Positions 18,605 to 27,282 are shown, counted from the first letter of the stretch. The stretch is DNA of 48,319 bases from Gaiellales bacterium (GCA_036494095.1 DASXOR010000011.1:1-48319), one strand, 5' to 3'. The notes: generated by a model from the sequence alone, not told the origin. Program-made: numbers and translations.

Positions 18605-18988
18605 CTATGCGTGCGAGGGCAGCGGGCGCAGATCGGGCGCGACCGAGCCCTCGCGGGCGGCGGGGGCGGCGAGCATCTCGCGGCTGTAGTGGCGCCCGAG
18701 CAGGCCGGAGTCGAGCAGCCCGGGGAAGCGGGCGAGGAACTCGTCGAAACCGAGCTCCGGCGCCTCGGTGAGGTGGTGGTGGACGAGCGCCACCCACGTC
18801 TCGGTGATCGTGCGGTGGTACTTGTCGGGGGCGCCGTGGGCGGCGGCGACGTCGCGGATCGCGGCCTCGACGCGGTCGAGCGCGACCGACCGGTCATGCG
18901 CGCGCAACTCCCGCCATGCGAGCCGGACGTGCTCGCGATGGCCGAACTCGCCCGACGGGCCGAGCAGGTCGCAGAACGGTGCGTGCAT
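18605..18988 (-). CDS. hypothetical protein
   Basis: Track ORF of 127 aa with high GC3. I recognise no family. Confidence 0.5.
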   Translation of the reverse strand: MHAPFCDLLGPSGEFGHREHVRLAWRELRAHDRSVALDRVEAAIRDVAAAHGAPDKYHRTITETWVALVHHHLTEAPELGFDEFLARFPGLLDSGLLGRHYSREMLAAPAAREGSVAPDLRPLPSHA

Positions 18989-19067
18989 GAGCAGGATGCT
19001 AGCGAGGGCCGTCGTACCAATTCACGCTGCACGCGGATGCCAATTGGGAGCTACACTCTCGCGCCGG

Positions 19068-19271
19068 ATGGCCGAGCCGACGAAACGCGATATCGACGCC
19101 CTGTGGGGCCCGGCGACACCCCAGTTCGCCTACCAGATCGCCGACCGCATCAACCACCTGATCGGCGACCTGCCCGCGGGCCATCCCGTGCGCGCCCACG
19201 GCGAGCTGCGCCTGGCCGAGCTCGACGAGCTCGGGCACGACACGACGAAGGGCCCGGCTCCCGGCCACTGA
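19068..19271 (+). CDS. small hypothetical protein (67 aa)
   Basis: ATG 19068 (MAEPTKRDIDALWGPATPQF...) inside track ORF 18768..19271. High GC3. Confidence 0.4.
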   Translation: MAEPTKRDIDALWGPATPQFAYQIADRINHLIGDLPAGHPVRAHGELRLAELDELGHDTTKGPAPGH

Positions 19272-19278
19272 GGGTCTC

Positions 19279-19309
19279 TTGACCCTGACGCGACGTCAGG
19301 GTCTATCGT
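19279..19309 (+). promoter_or_regulatory. MerR-type promoter: -35 TTGACC, 19-bp spacer carrying a perfect dyad, -10 TATCGT
   Basis: TTGACC at 19279-84. Dyad GACCCTGACG-cga-CGTCAGGGTC at 19281-19303. TATCGT at 19304-09. The ATG of the MerR gene is at 19316. Confidence 0.7.
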
Positions 19310-19315
19310 CGTGTC

Positions 19316-20056
19316 ATGGACGCACCCGACACGGGCCGCACCTGGCGGATCGGCGAGCTGGCCGGCCTGGCGCACGTGTCCGTGCGCACACTGCGCCACT
19401 ACGAGACGGTCGGGCTCCTGCAGCCCACCGCGCGCACCGAGGCCGGTTACAGGCTCTATGCGGGCGACGACGTGGCCCGGCTCTACCGGATCCTGGCGCT
19501 GCGCTCGCTCGGCCTGCCGCTCGCCGAGATCCGCCGCGCGCTCGATGCCGAGACCGGGCTGGCCGACGTGCTCGCCCGCCAGCTCGAAGCCGTCGAGTGC
19601 CGGATCGCGGCCGACGGCGAATTGCGACGCCGTCTGCAGGCGCTGATGGAGAGCTGCGCCGGCGACGGCGAGCCCACCGCCGGCCAATTGACAGACACGA
19701 TGGAGGCGATGGCCATGTCAGATCGCTACTACACCCAGGAACAGCAGGACACGCTCGCACAGCGGCGCGAGGCGCTCGGCCCCGAGGACATGCGGGCAGC
19801 TGAGCAGGCGTGGGCGGATCTGATCGCGGAAGCCGAGGCCCAGCGGGCCGCGGGCACCGACCCGGCCGCACCGGCGATGCAGGCGATCGCCGAGCGCTGG
19901 CGCGGGCTGATCGAGCAGTTCACGGGCGGCGACCCCGGCATCCGTGAGTCCCTCGGACGCATGTACCGCGAGGAGGGCGTCGAGCGGGCATCGCGCGGCG
20001 TTTCGAGCGGGCTGATGGCGTACGTCGGGGAGGCGCTCGCTGTCAGGCGGGAGTGA
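19316..20056 (+). CDS. MerR family regulator, TipAL-like (HTH plus TipAS antibiotic-recognition domain)
   Basis: Track ORF of 246 aa. Motifs WRIGELAGLAHVSVRTLRHYETVGLL and a C-terminal YYTQEQQ...AERWRGLIEQFTGGDPGI TipAS-like domain. Confidence 0.9.
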   Translation: MDAPDTGRTWRIGELAGLAHVSVRTLRHYETVGLLQPTARTEAGYRLYAGDDVARLYRILALRSLGLPLAEIRRALDAETGLADVLARQLEAVECRIAADGELRRRLQALMESCAGDGEPTAGQLTDTMEAMAMSDRYYTQEQQDTLAQRREALGPEDMRAAEQAWADLIAEAEAQRAAGTDPAAPAMQAIAERWRGLIEQFTGGDPGIRESLGRMYREEGVERASRGVSSGLMAYVGEALAVRRE

Positions 20057-20435
20057 TCGCGGCGAGCGGGATCGGCTCGAGTTCGGGCACGACGTCGCGC
20101 CACACCCCCTCGGGGGAGCCCGGCGGCACGAGTCCGAACCAGATCCTGATCTCTCCGCCGTCGATCTCGGCGTATTCCTCGTAGTGATCTGTCGTCGCCT
20201 CACCCACCTCGGTGGCGATGTCGTTGAGGGCGTCGACGACTCGCACGAGGACGTCGTCCGGACTCCATCCGCCGACACTCGAGAACCCAACGGTGATCTC
20301 CCACTGGGTGGTTGTGTCGATGATGGCGATGACACCCGGCTCGGCCACGCTGAGTCTCAGGTGCTTCGGCAGAGCGGGAGCGACCCGATCCACGACCAGC
20401 GCACCCAACCGGCCCAGGTGTCCAGCGTCACCCAC
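20043..20435 (-). CDS. hypothetical protein (last gene of the prenyltransferase/PRODH operon)
   Basis: Track ORF 20043..20474. GTG 20435 gives an 8-nt overlap with the upstream stop. High GC3. Confidence 0.45.
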   Translation of the reverse strand: MGDAGHLGRLGALVVDRVAPALPKHLRLSVAEPGVIAIIDTTTQWEITVGFSSVGGWSPDDVLVRVVDALNDIATEVGEATTDHYEEYAEIDGGEIRIWFGLVPPGSPEGVWRDVVPELEPIPLAAITPA

Positions 20436-20856
20436 GCCGGACGAGCCCGCCCAGCACCGCCCCGAACACCGCATGCCCGAGCACCTCCTGAGCGAACGCG
20501 TGCGGGTTTCGCAGCATCGGCGGCCACTCCCCCGAGCGCACGTCGGGGTGCAGCCGGTCGAGCACGCCGGTCAGCGGCCACAGGAGCGCGTTCTCGGCCT
20601 CCGCCGCCAGCACGCCTCGGCACACGCCATGCCCTCCGAGCGCGGCGAACGCGACGCCGAACGCCGCGCCGTTGGCCAGGTGGACGGCCATCCCCCGCTC
20701 CTGCCAGTCGCCGTCGGAAGCGATCAGCCCGCCGATCAGCCGCGGCTGGCTGTGATACCCACCGGCCGCGCGCCGCAGTGCCGGCTCGGCGGCCGCCCAC
20801 AGCCACGCCGCGGCGGCCCCTGCCGCAGCCGCCCGCAGCGACCGCCGCAGGCTCAC
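20428..20856 (-). CDS. hypothetical membrane protein
   Basis: GTG 20856 inside track ORF 20428..21807 (GTGA overlap with the PRODH stop). Hydrophobic segments AVHLANGAAFGVAFAAL and HAVFGAVLGGL. Confidence 0.5.
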   Translation of the reverse strand: MSLRRSLRAAAAGAAAAWLWAAAEPALRRAAGGYHSQPRLIGGLIASDGDWQERGMAVHLANGAAFGVAFAALGGHGVCRGVLAAEAENALLWPLTGVLDRLHPDVRSGEWPPMLRNPHAFAQEVLGHAVFGAVLGGLVRRG

Positions 20857-21770
20857 CGCATCCCCGGCACGAGCGTCCGCACGACGTCGCGAGCCACATA
20901 GCCGGCGATGCTCGGGTTCTCCTTGAGCCGCCTGACCGAGTACGCATACCAGGCAAGGCCGTAGGGCACGTAGACGCGCATGCGGTGGCGGTCGGCGATC
21001 AACCTGCGGCCGACGTCGCCCGCCACGCCCAGGAGCATCTGGAACTCGTACCGATCCGGCTGCAGGCCGCGCCGCCGGATCAGGTCGAGCGCGCCTGCGA
21101 CCAGCGCGCGGTCGTGGGTCGCGATGCCGACGTAGCTGCCCTGGTCGACGAGCTGCTCGAGCAGCCGCAGGTAGTTGGCGTTGATCTCGGGCATGCGCTG
21201 ATAGGCGATGTCCTCCGCCTCCAGATAGATGCCCTTGACCAGGCGCACGTTCGGAGTCAGGTCGGCCAGCGCGGCGATGTCGTCGGCGGCGCGGCGCATG
21301 TAGGCCTGGATGACGACGCCCACGTCGTCGTGCCCGGCCGCCCGCAGGCTGCGATAGAGGGCGACCGTCTGGTCGGTGAGGCCGCTGTGCTCCATGTCGA
21401 TCCGTACGAACACGCGGTGGCGCTCGGCCGACGCGAGCACGCGCGCGAGCGTGCGGTCGACCAGGTCGCGGTCGATCTCGATCCCGAGCGCCGAGAGCTT
21501 CACCGACACGTTTGCGTCGAGCTGCTCCGCGGCGATCGCGTCGAGCGCGTGCTCGTACTCGGTGGCTGTGGCCTCGGCCTCGTCGGGGACGCGGATGAAC
21601 TCTCCCAGCACGTCGACGGTCGCCGCCGCGCCGCGCCGGTTCAGGTCGCGTACGGTCGCCACCGCGTCGGCCAGGTGCTCGCCCGCGATGTAGCGATCGG
21701 CGATCCGCCGCACCACGATCCGCGGCACGGCCGGCAGCGATGCGACGACGATGCGATCGAAGGCCTTCAC
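20853..21770 (-). CDS. proline dehydrogenase (monofunctional)
   Basis: Track ORF of 305 aa with a GTG start. Motifs VSVKLSALG, VRLVKGIY, YEFQMLLGV, RVYVPYG. Confidence 0.9.
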   Translation of the reverse strand: MKAFDRIVVASLPAVPRIVVRRIADRYIAGEHLADAVATVRDLNRRGAAATVDVLGEFIRVPDEAEATATEYEHALDAIAAEQLDANVSVKLSALGIEIDRDLVDRTLARVLASAERHRVFVRIDMEHSGLTDQTVALYRSLRAAGHDDVGVVIQAYMRRAADDIAALADLTPNVRLVKGIYLEAEDIAYQRMPEINANYLRLLEQLVDQGSYVGIATHDRALVAGALDLIRRRGLQPDRYEFQMLLGVAGDVGRRLIADRHRMRVYVPYGLAWYAYSVRRLKENPSIAGYVARDVVRTLVPGMR

Positions 21771-22447
21771 CCCTCGTCCAGCTCGCCCCGGTAGTGGCCG
21801 AGCACATCGGCCACGAGCGCGTCGACCGCGCCGGAGGCAGCCGTCATCGCCTGGGCGAAGTTGGCCGGGTCGCCGGCGTGCGCGGCGGTCGAGAGCGCCG
21901 TGAGCGCGATCTCGCGAGGGGTGGGGATCGTGCTCACCGTGCCCTTGCCGGCTTCCGGCAGCCGCTCGGCGTAGGAGACGAACGCATCCAGCGCGGCGGC
22001 CAGCTCGGCTGCGAGGGCGGCCATACGGTCGAGGAACTGGGGCGTCGCCGGGCGCGGGCCGGAGGCAGCGTCGCCCAGGCGGCGGGCGGCGGCGACCACG
22101 GCCTCGGCGGCGGCGCCCGCGTCCCTGTCGCCGGTCCGGCGCAGCACCGCGGCCGCCTCGCCGAAGCGCTCGCCCAGCTCCTCGGCCGTCGTCGCCCCCG
22201 ACACCTCCTCGGCCCGCTCGGCCAGGGCGGCCAGCGAGACCGCGTCCTTCACGAGCCGGCGGTCGGTCACCGGCGTGCCGGCGCCGTCGAGCGCGACGTA
22301 GCCCAGGTCGTCGCCGGCGGCGAATGCGACGACGTACACGCGCTCCCCGGCCGGCTCGGTGGCCATGACCGCGACCGCCCGCTCGTCGGGGCGGGCGAGC
22401 CGTGCGGCAGCCGTGAGGGTGGTCTCGAGCTCCAGCTCCAGCGTCAT
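21767..22447 (-). CDS. hypothetical soluble Ala/Glu-rich protein (226 aa)
   Basis: ATG 22447 (MTLELELETT...) inside track ORF 21767..23704. ATGA overlap upstream and GTGA overlap downstream. Confidence 0.6.
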   Translation of the reverse strand: MTLELELETTLTAAARLARPDERAVAVMATEPAGERVYVVAFAAGDDLGYVALDGAGTPVTDRRLVKDAVSLAALAERAEEVSGATTAEELGERFGEAAAVLRRTGDRDAGAAAEAVVAAARRLGDAASGPRPATPQFLDRMAALAAELAAALDAFVSYAERLPEAGKGTVSTIPTPREIALTALSTAAHAGDPANFAQAMTAASGAVDALVADVLGHYRGELDEG

Positions 22448-23424
22448 GCAGCCGGAGTATGCGCCGGGGCGACCGCCAGCCGCATCTCGAATGCGATCAG
22501 CGCGGCCGCCGCGACCAGCGTGAGCGCCAGCGGCGGCTCGAGCAGCGCCGCCGCGGCGAGCGCGGCCGTGATGCCGGCGAAGATGATCACCGTCTCGTTC
22601 GCCGTCACCGAGGCGACGTCGCCGGGCCGGCAGCGCAGGTGTGCGAAGAGCCCGGCCGCATACCCCACCACGAGGGGGAGGAGGCGCGGCTGCACCGCCG
22701 CGCCGGCCACCGCGGCGGCCAGCGCGAGCAGGCACCAGCCGATGGCGTACTGGCGCCCCCGCACGAGGCCGAGGTAGACGATCGACGTCACCTTCGGCGG
22801 GTCGGCCGCGGCGTCGGCGTCCCGGTCGAGATAGTGGTGCACCATGAGCATCGACACGGCATATGCCGCGACCGCGACCGCGGCGGCGACGGTGGCGAAG
22901 TCGATCGAGGCTCCCTGCAGGAGATGCGCGCCCAACACGCAGTCGACCAGGCAGGTGAACGCGATCGCCTCGCCCAGGAACGGCCGGTAGGCGGCCCGCA
23001 CGGGCGGCAGCGTGTACAGGATCGCCCCGGCGACGCCCACGATCCCGAATGGCAGCAAGACGAGGCCCCCGGCGGCGACCAGGGAGAGGCCGATCACGGT
23101 CGTCGCCCCGAAGGCGCCGGCAAACACCCACCAGAGCGCCCGCGGCGAGAGCAGCCCGGCGACGATCACCTTGCTGCCGCCGGAGATGACGCGCGCCGAG
23201 GTGTGCCGGTCGGTGCCCGAGCGCCAGTCCTCGACCTCGTTCACCGAGTGCGCCAGAAGCCCCTGGATCAGCACCCCGAGCGCCACCGCCCCCAGATAGA
23301 ACCACACCTCGAGATCCCGGCCGCGCGCGGCGAGCGCGGTGCCGAGCGTGAGGGCCGAGAAGCTCCACAGGAGCACGGGGATCACCCGCACCTCGAGCCA
23401 CAGGCCGCGCAGCGTCTCGGACAT
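22444..23424 (-). CDS. UbiA-superfamily prenyltransferase, MenA-like
   Basis: Track ORF 22444..23517. I prefer ATG 23424 (alternatives 23472 and 23517). First Asp-rich motif NEVEDWRSGTD mirrors MenA NDyfDykkGvD. Second motif HHYLDRDAD. Multi-TM. Confidence 0.8.
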   Translation of the reverse strand: MSETLRGLWLEVRVIPVLLWSFSALTLGTALAARGRDLEVWFYLGAVALGVLIQGLLAHSVNEVEDWRSGTDRHTSARVISGGSKVIVAGLLSPRALWWVFAGAFGATTVIGLSLVAAGGLVLLPFGIVGVAGAILYTLPPVRAAYRPFLGEAIAFTCLVDCVLGAHLLQGASIDFATVAAAVAVAAYAVSMLMVHHYLDRDADAAADPPKVTSIVYLGLVRGRQYAIGWCLLALAAAVAGAAVQPRLLPLVVGYAAGLFAHLRCRPGDVASVTANETVIIFAGITAALAAAALLEPPLALTLVAAAALIAFEMRLAVAPAHTPAA

Positions 23425-23485
23425 ACCGCCTGACCATACCAGCGCCGCCGCGATCCGTCCGAGCGCGCTCATACCATGGCTTCGC

Positions 23486-23686
23486 ATGACCCCGGCGAAT
23501 GTCCTCGAGGAGGCCACGGACGCAGCTTCGCAGGTGGAGGCGTGGAGGCTGCACGTGCTGTTGCAGGCGGGCTATCCGCTGCGAGTTGCGGAGCGCCTTG
23601 CCAAGAGCTCCGCGGATCTGCACCGGGCGGTGCAGATCCTGGAGCACGGCTGCACGCCGCACACGGCCGCGCGGATCCTCACCTGA
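23486..23686 (+). CDS. small hypothetical protein (66 aa)
   Basis: ATG 23486 (MTPANVLEEATDAASQVEAWRLHVLLQAGYPLRVAERLAK...) inside track ORF 23339..23686. Confidence 0.4.
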   Translation: MTPANVLEEATDAASQVEAWRLHVLLQAGYPLRVAERLAKSSADLHRAVQILEHGCTPHTAARILT

Positions 23687-23717
23687 GCCGCGCACCCGCG
23701 CCACCTAGACTTCCGCT

Positions 23718-24944
23718 GTGAACGCGAAGCCGACGCCGACGACCTACGGCGACCGGGCCGTCTACTCCGTGGCCGGGTTCAACCAGGGCGTGGCCGACTG
23801 GCTCGGCCGGCTCGGCAACGTCTGGGTCGAGGGCGAGCTCGCGGAGCTCAAGCGAACCGACCGCTGGGGGCTCGTGTACTTCTGCCTCAAGGACGACGGG
23901 GCGATCCTGCAGGGCTCGATGCAGCGCGAGCGCTTCGACAAGATCCAGCCGCCGCCGGCCGTCGGCGACCGCGTGCACGCCTTCGGCCGCGGCGAGCTGT
24001 GGCAGCGCAAGGGCGAGTTCCGCTTCCGGGCGTACGCGATCGAGCAGTTCGGCCTCGGCCAGCTGCTGCGCCGGATCGAGGAGGTGCGCTTGCGGCTGGC
24101 GGAGGACGGCCTCTTCGCCGCCGAGCGCAAGGGGCCCCTGCCGTTTCTGCCCGGCCTGGTCGGGCTCGTGTGCGGCAGCGACGCCGCCGCCAAGCGCGAT
24201 GTCGTCGAGACGGCGACGGCGCGGCATCCGGCCGTGCGCTTCCGCATCGTCGAGGCGGCGGTGCAGGGGGCCGGCGCCGCGGGGGCCGTGACGGCGGCCC
24301 TGCGGGCGCTCGACGCCGACCCGGCGGTCGAGGTGATCGTGCTCGCCCGCGGCGGGGGCAGCGTCGAGGACCTGCTGGCGTTCTCCGACGAGGGCCTGTG
24401 CCGGGCGGTCGCCGAGTGCCGCACCCCGGTCGTCTCGGCGATCGGCCACGAGCAGGACATGCCGCTCGTCGATCTCGTCGCCGACGTCCGCGCCGGCACG
24501 CCGAGCCTCGCGGCGAAGCTGATCGTCCCCGACCACGCCGCCGTCGGCGCCGAGCTCGACGCGCTGCTCGCCCGGGCAGGGCGGGCGCTCGAGGGGCGCG
24601 CAACCCACGCCCGCCGGCACCTGCAGCTCCTGGTGGCCCGGCCGGCCTTCGCCGATCCCCGCAGCTGGATCACGGCCCGGCGGGCACTGCTCGACGGCGC
24701 GTCGGCGTCGCTGCGGCGACTGCCGGGGCTGCGGCTCGAGCGCGAGACCGCGCGGCTGCGAAACGCCCACGACCGGCTGCGCCTGCTCGGGCCTGCGGCG
24801 ACGCTCGAGCGGGGATACGCGATCGTCCAGGACGACGCCGGCGCGGTCGTCCGCGACGCAGCCGCGGTCGCCGTCGGCGAGCGGGTGGGTGTGCGGCTGG
24901 CAACCGGGCGCCTGGGCGCCCGCGTCGAGGAGGTGCAGCCGTGA
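23718..24944 (+). CDS. xseA: exodeoxyribonuclease VII large subunit
   Basis: Track ORF of 408 aa with a GTG start. OB-fold N-terminus. Motifs LARGGGSVEDLLAF and GHEQD. Confidence 0.9.
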   Translation: MNAKPTPTTYGDRAVYSVAGFNQGVADWLGRLGNVWVEGELAELKRTDRWGLVYFCLKDDGAILQGSMQRERFDKIQPPPAVGDRVHAFGRGELWQRKGEFRFRAYAIEQFGLGQLLRRIEEVRLRLAEDGLFAAERKGPLPFLPGLVGLVCGSDAAAKRDVVETATARHPAVRFRIVEAAVQGAGAAGAVTAALRALDADPAVEVIVLARGGGSVEDLLAFSDEGLCRAVAECRTPVVSAIGHEQDMPLVDLVADVRAGTPSLAAKLIVPDHAAVGAELDALLARAGRALEGRATHARRHLQLLVARPAFADPRSWITARRALLDGASASLRRLPGLRLERETARLRNAHDRLRLLGPAATLERGYAIVQDDAGAVVRDAAAVAVGERVGVRLATGRLGARVEEVQP

Positions 24945-25171
24945 GCACCGGCCCGAGCTTCGAGCAGGCCCGCGACGAGCTCGAGCAGATCGTCCGCAAG
25001 CTCGAAGACGGCAGCACGTCGCTCGACGAGGCGCTCGCCCTGTGGGAGCGCGGCGAGCAGCTGCACGCGCTCTGCCGCGCCCGCCTCGACGCGGCCGAGG
25101 AGCGTGTGGCCGAGCTCCTGGAACGGCTTGGGCGCACGCCCGCGACCGCGCCGGACGACTCAGGCGGCTGA
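24941..25171 (+). CDS. xseB: exodeoxyribonuclease VII small subunit
   Basis: GTG 24941 (GTGA overlap with the xseA stop). Sequence SFEQARDELEQIVRKLEDGSTSLDEALALWERGEQL. Confidence 0.85.
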   Translation: MSTGPSFEQARDELEQIVRKLEDGSTSLDEALALWERGEQLHALCRARLDAAEERVAELLERLGRTPATAPDDSGG

Positions 25172-25429
25172 GAAGCCGACCTCGCCGGCCGGCGTCTCGT
25201 CGGTCACCTGCACGTCGCGCACGCTCGCCCCGCGCGGCCCGCGGCCGCAGTAGTCGACCAGCGCGTCGACCGCGCTCGGCTCGCCCTCGAAGGCGGCTTC
25301 GACCTGGCCCGAGGGCAGGTTTCGCACCCACCCGGCCACGCCGCGCATACGGGCGCGCTCGAGGACGGCGTAGCGGAAGCCCACGCCCTGCACGCGTCCT
25401 GTGACGAGCACGCGGCGGCGGACGGTCAT
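25160..25429 (-). CDS. acylphosphatase
   Basis: ATG 25429 inside track ORF 25160..25513. Motifs VTGRVQGVGFRY and GWVRNLPSGQVE. Confidence 0.85.
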   Translation of the reverse strand: MTVRRRVLVTGRVQGVGFRYAVLERARMRGVAGWVRNLPSGQVEAAFEGEPSAVDALVDYCGRGPRGASVRDVQVTDETPAGEVGFSAA

Positions 25430-25524
25430 TGCCGAAACGTACTTCGGTGGCTCAAACAATTGGGAAGGACTGGGGCCGGCGGCGCCGAACTGGGAGGTTC
25501 TCCCTGGACGCAAACGGGAAGCTC

Positions 25525-26487
25525 ATGCGCAGAAGAACCGCCGCCATCGCAGCCACCGCGCTCGTCCTGGCCGCCGCCACGCCCGCGGCCGCTCGAACGC
25601 ACTACACCGTCCGCTACGGCGACACGCTGACCGCCATCGCGCGGGCCCACGGCGTGAGCCTGCGGCGCCTGGCCCGCCTGAACCATCGCCGCGTCTACGC
25701 CGTCCTGCCTGCGGGCACCGTCCTCGTCGTCCCGGGCCGCGCGGCCGCGCACCCGCGTATCTACACCGTGCGCTGGGGCGACACGCTCTCCGGCATCGCC
25801 GCCCGCTTCGGCCTCGGCCTGCATCGCCTGGAGCGGGCCAACGGCATGGGGCGGCACAGCATCCTCGCCGCCGGCTCGACGATTCACCTGTCCTCCGGGT
25901 CGGCGCACGGCTCGAGCAGCCTGCCCGGCCGCTATCGCGTCCGCCCGGGAGACACCCTGAGCGGGATCGCCGCCCGCTTCGGCATCGGCCTGCACCGGCT
26001 CGCCCACGCAAACGGCCTCGAGGTGAACGGGCTCCTGCTCGCCGGGATCACCCTGCGGGTGCCGTCAGGCGCGGCCGGCCCCGCCCCCATCGCGACCGGG
26101 CCGTGGTCGGTGACCGCCTCGATCGACGCCTGGTCGGCCCACTACGGCGTCGACGCGCGCCTCGCCCGGGCGATCGCATGGCAGGAGTCGGGCTTCCACG
26201 TCAACATCCTCTCCTCCGCCGGGGCCTGGGGCCCCATGCAGGTGCTGCCGGGCACGTGGACCTACGTCGAGGACGTACTGATCGGCCACCCGGTCGCGCG
26301 CACTGCCGACGGCGACGTGCGTATCGGCGTCGCGCTCCTGCACCACCTGATCGGCGCGTTCGGCGGCGACGAGAGCCTGGCGGTGGCCGCCTACTACCAG
26401 GGCGAGAGCTCGGTGCGCGACCGCGGCATGCTGCCCGTGACGCGGTGGTACGTGGCCGACGTCATGGCGTTGCGCGGCCGCATGTAG
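25525..26487 (+). CDS. secreted peptidoglycan hydrolase: three LysM repeats plus a lytic transglycosylase (SLT) domain
   Basis: ATG 25525 inside track ORF 25429..26487. Signal peptide. Three Y(T/R)VRxGDTLxxIA repeats. Motifs AIAWQESGF and GPMQV. Confidence 0.85.
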   Translation: MRRRTAAIAATALVLAAATPAAARTHYTVRYGDTLTAIARAHGVSLRRLARLNHRRVYAVLPAGTVLVVPGRAAAHPRIYTVRWGDTLSGIAARFGLGLHRLERANGMGRHSILAAGSTIHLSSGSAHGSSSLPGRYRVRPGDTLSGIAARFGIGLHRLAHANGLEVNGLLLAGITLRVPSGAAGPAPIATGPWSVTASIDAWSAHYGVDARLARAIAWQESGFHVNILSSAGAWGPMQVLPGTWTYVEDVLIGHPVARTADGDVRIGVALLHHLIGAFGGDESLAVAAYYQGESSVRDRGMLPVTRWYVADVMALRGRM

Positions 26488-26500
26488 CCCGGCGCCGGGA

Positions 26501-26836
26501 TCAGCTCTCGCGCAGGGCGGCGGCGCGGGCGTCGGCGTGCCGGCGCAGCGTCTCGCAGACCTGACCGCAGAGCGCGAACACGGCCGGGTCGGCGACGCAG
26601 TAGTAGGTGTGCAGGCCATCGCGGCGGCGGCCGACGAGGCCGGCCTCGGCCAGCAGCGCCAGATGCTTGGACACGTTCGCCTGGCTGCAGCCGAGATCGC
26701 CGGCGAGGCTGCCGACGCTGCGCTCGCCGTCTGCGAGCAGGTCGAGCAGCCGCAGGCGCGTCGGCTCTGCCAGGAGCCGGAAGCGCTCGGCGATAGCCAG
26801 CGCCATCGCTGGGGTAAGAGGACGGGGCAGCGCCAC
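26501..26836 (-). CDS. ArsR/SmtB family transcriptional regulator
   Basis: Track ORF of 111 aa (GTG start; alternative ATG 26806). Motifs LAEPTRLRLLDLL and CSQANVSKHLALL. Confidence 0.9.
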   Translation of the reverse strand: MALPRPLTPAMALAIAERFRLLAEPTRLRLLDLLADGERSVGSLAGDLGCSQANVSKHLALLAEAGLVGRRRDGLHTYYCVADPAVFALCGQVCETLRRHADARAAALRES

Positions 26837-26856
26837 TTGCGAAAGTGTACCGCATG

Positions 26857-26882
26857 TGCAACTATATAGCTACTGAGTTACA
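26857..26882. promoter_or_regulatory. imperfect dyad TGCAACT-N12-AGTTACA in the ArsR/trxA divergent promoter region
   Basis: Read directly from the sequence. It is the most AT-rich stretch of the 70-bp intergenic region. Confidence 0.4.
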
Positions 26883-26906
26883 TACTCTTGTTCCGAAGGA
26901 GCTTCT

Positions 26907-27248
26907 GTGTCCAGCAGCATTGAGATCACCAAGACCAACTTCCGGACCGAGGTTGTCGAAGCGGACGTTCCCGTCCTGCTCGACCTGTGGGCTGCCTGGT
27001 GCGGCCCGTGCCGCATGGTCTCCCCCATCGTCGACGAGATCGCCGGCGAGTACGCGGGCCGGATCAAGGTCGGCAAGGTCGACGTCGACGCCGAGCCCGA
27101 GCTGGCAGGCGCGTTTGGCGTCTCGAGCATCCCCACCCTGCTCCTGCTGAAGGACGGTGAGGTCGTGGAGCGAGCCGTCGGCGCCCGCCCGAAGGCCCAG
27201 CTGGCCGAGGCGCTGCGGCTGGACGCCCACGTCACCGCTGCGGCATAA
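26907..27248 (+). CDS. trxA: thioredoxin
   Basis: Track ORF of 113 aa. GTG start preceded by GGAG. WCGPC active site. Confidence 0.9.
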   Translation: MSSSIEITKTNFRTEVVEADVPVLLDLWAAWCGPCRMVSPIVDEIAGEYAGRIKVGKVDVDAEPELAGAFGVSSIPTLLLLKDGEVVERAVGARPKAQLAEALRLDAHVTAAA

Positions 27249-27261
27249 CCCGTAGCGACGA

Positions 27262-27282
27262 GCCCTCCGAATCGGGGAGGGC
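27262..27282 (+). terminator. hairpin GCCCTCC-gaatcgg-GGAGGGC after trxA
   Basis: 7-bp GC stem 14 nt after the stop, with a weak T tail (GGTT). Confidence 0.4.

Noticed and set aside
25430-25524. Possible cyclic-di-AMP (ydaO-type) riboswitch upstream of the LysM-SLT hydrolase; the same was checked at 34095-34180 upstream of the NlpC/P60 gene
   Set aside because: Both leaders are only about 85-95 nt long. They lack the conserved ydaO elements (the GGGGACCCA-like segment and the ACAGCUAACC 3' segment). Only small generic hairpins are present.
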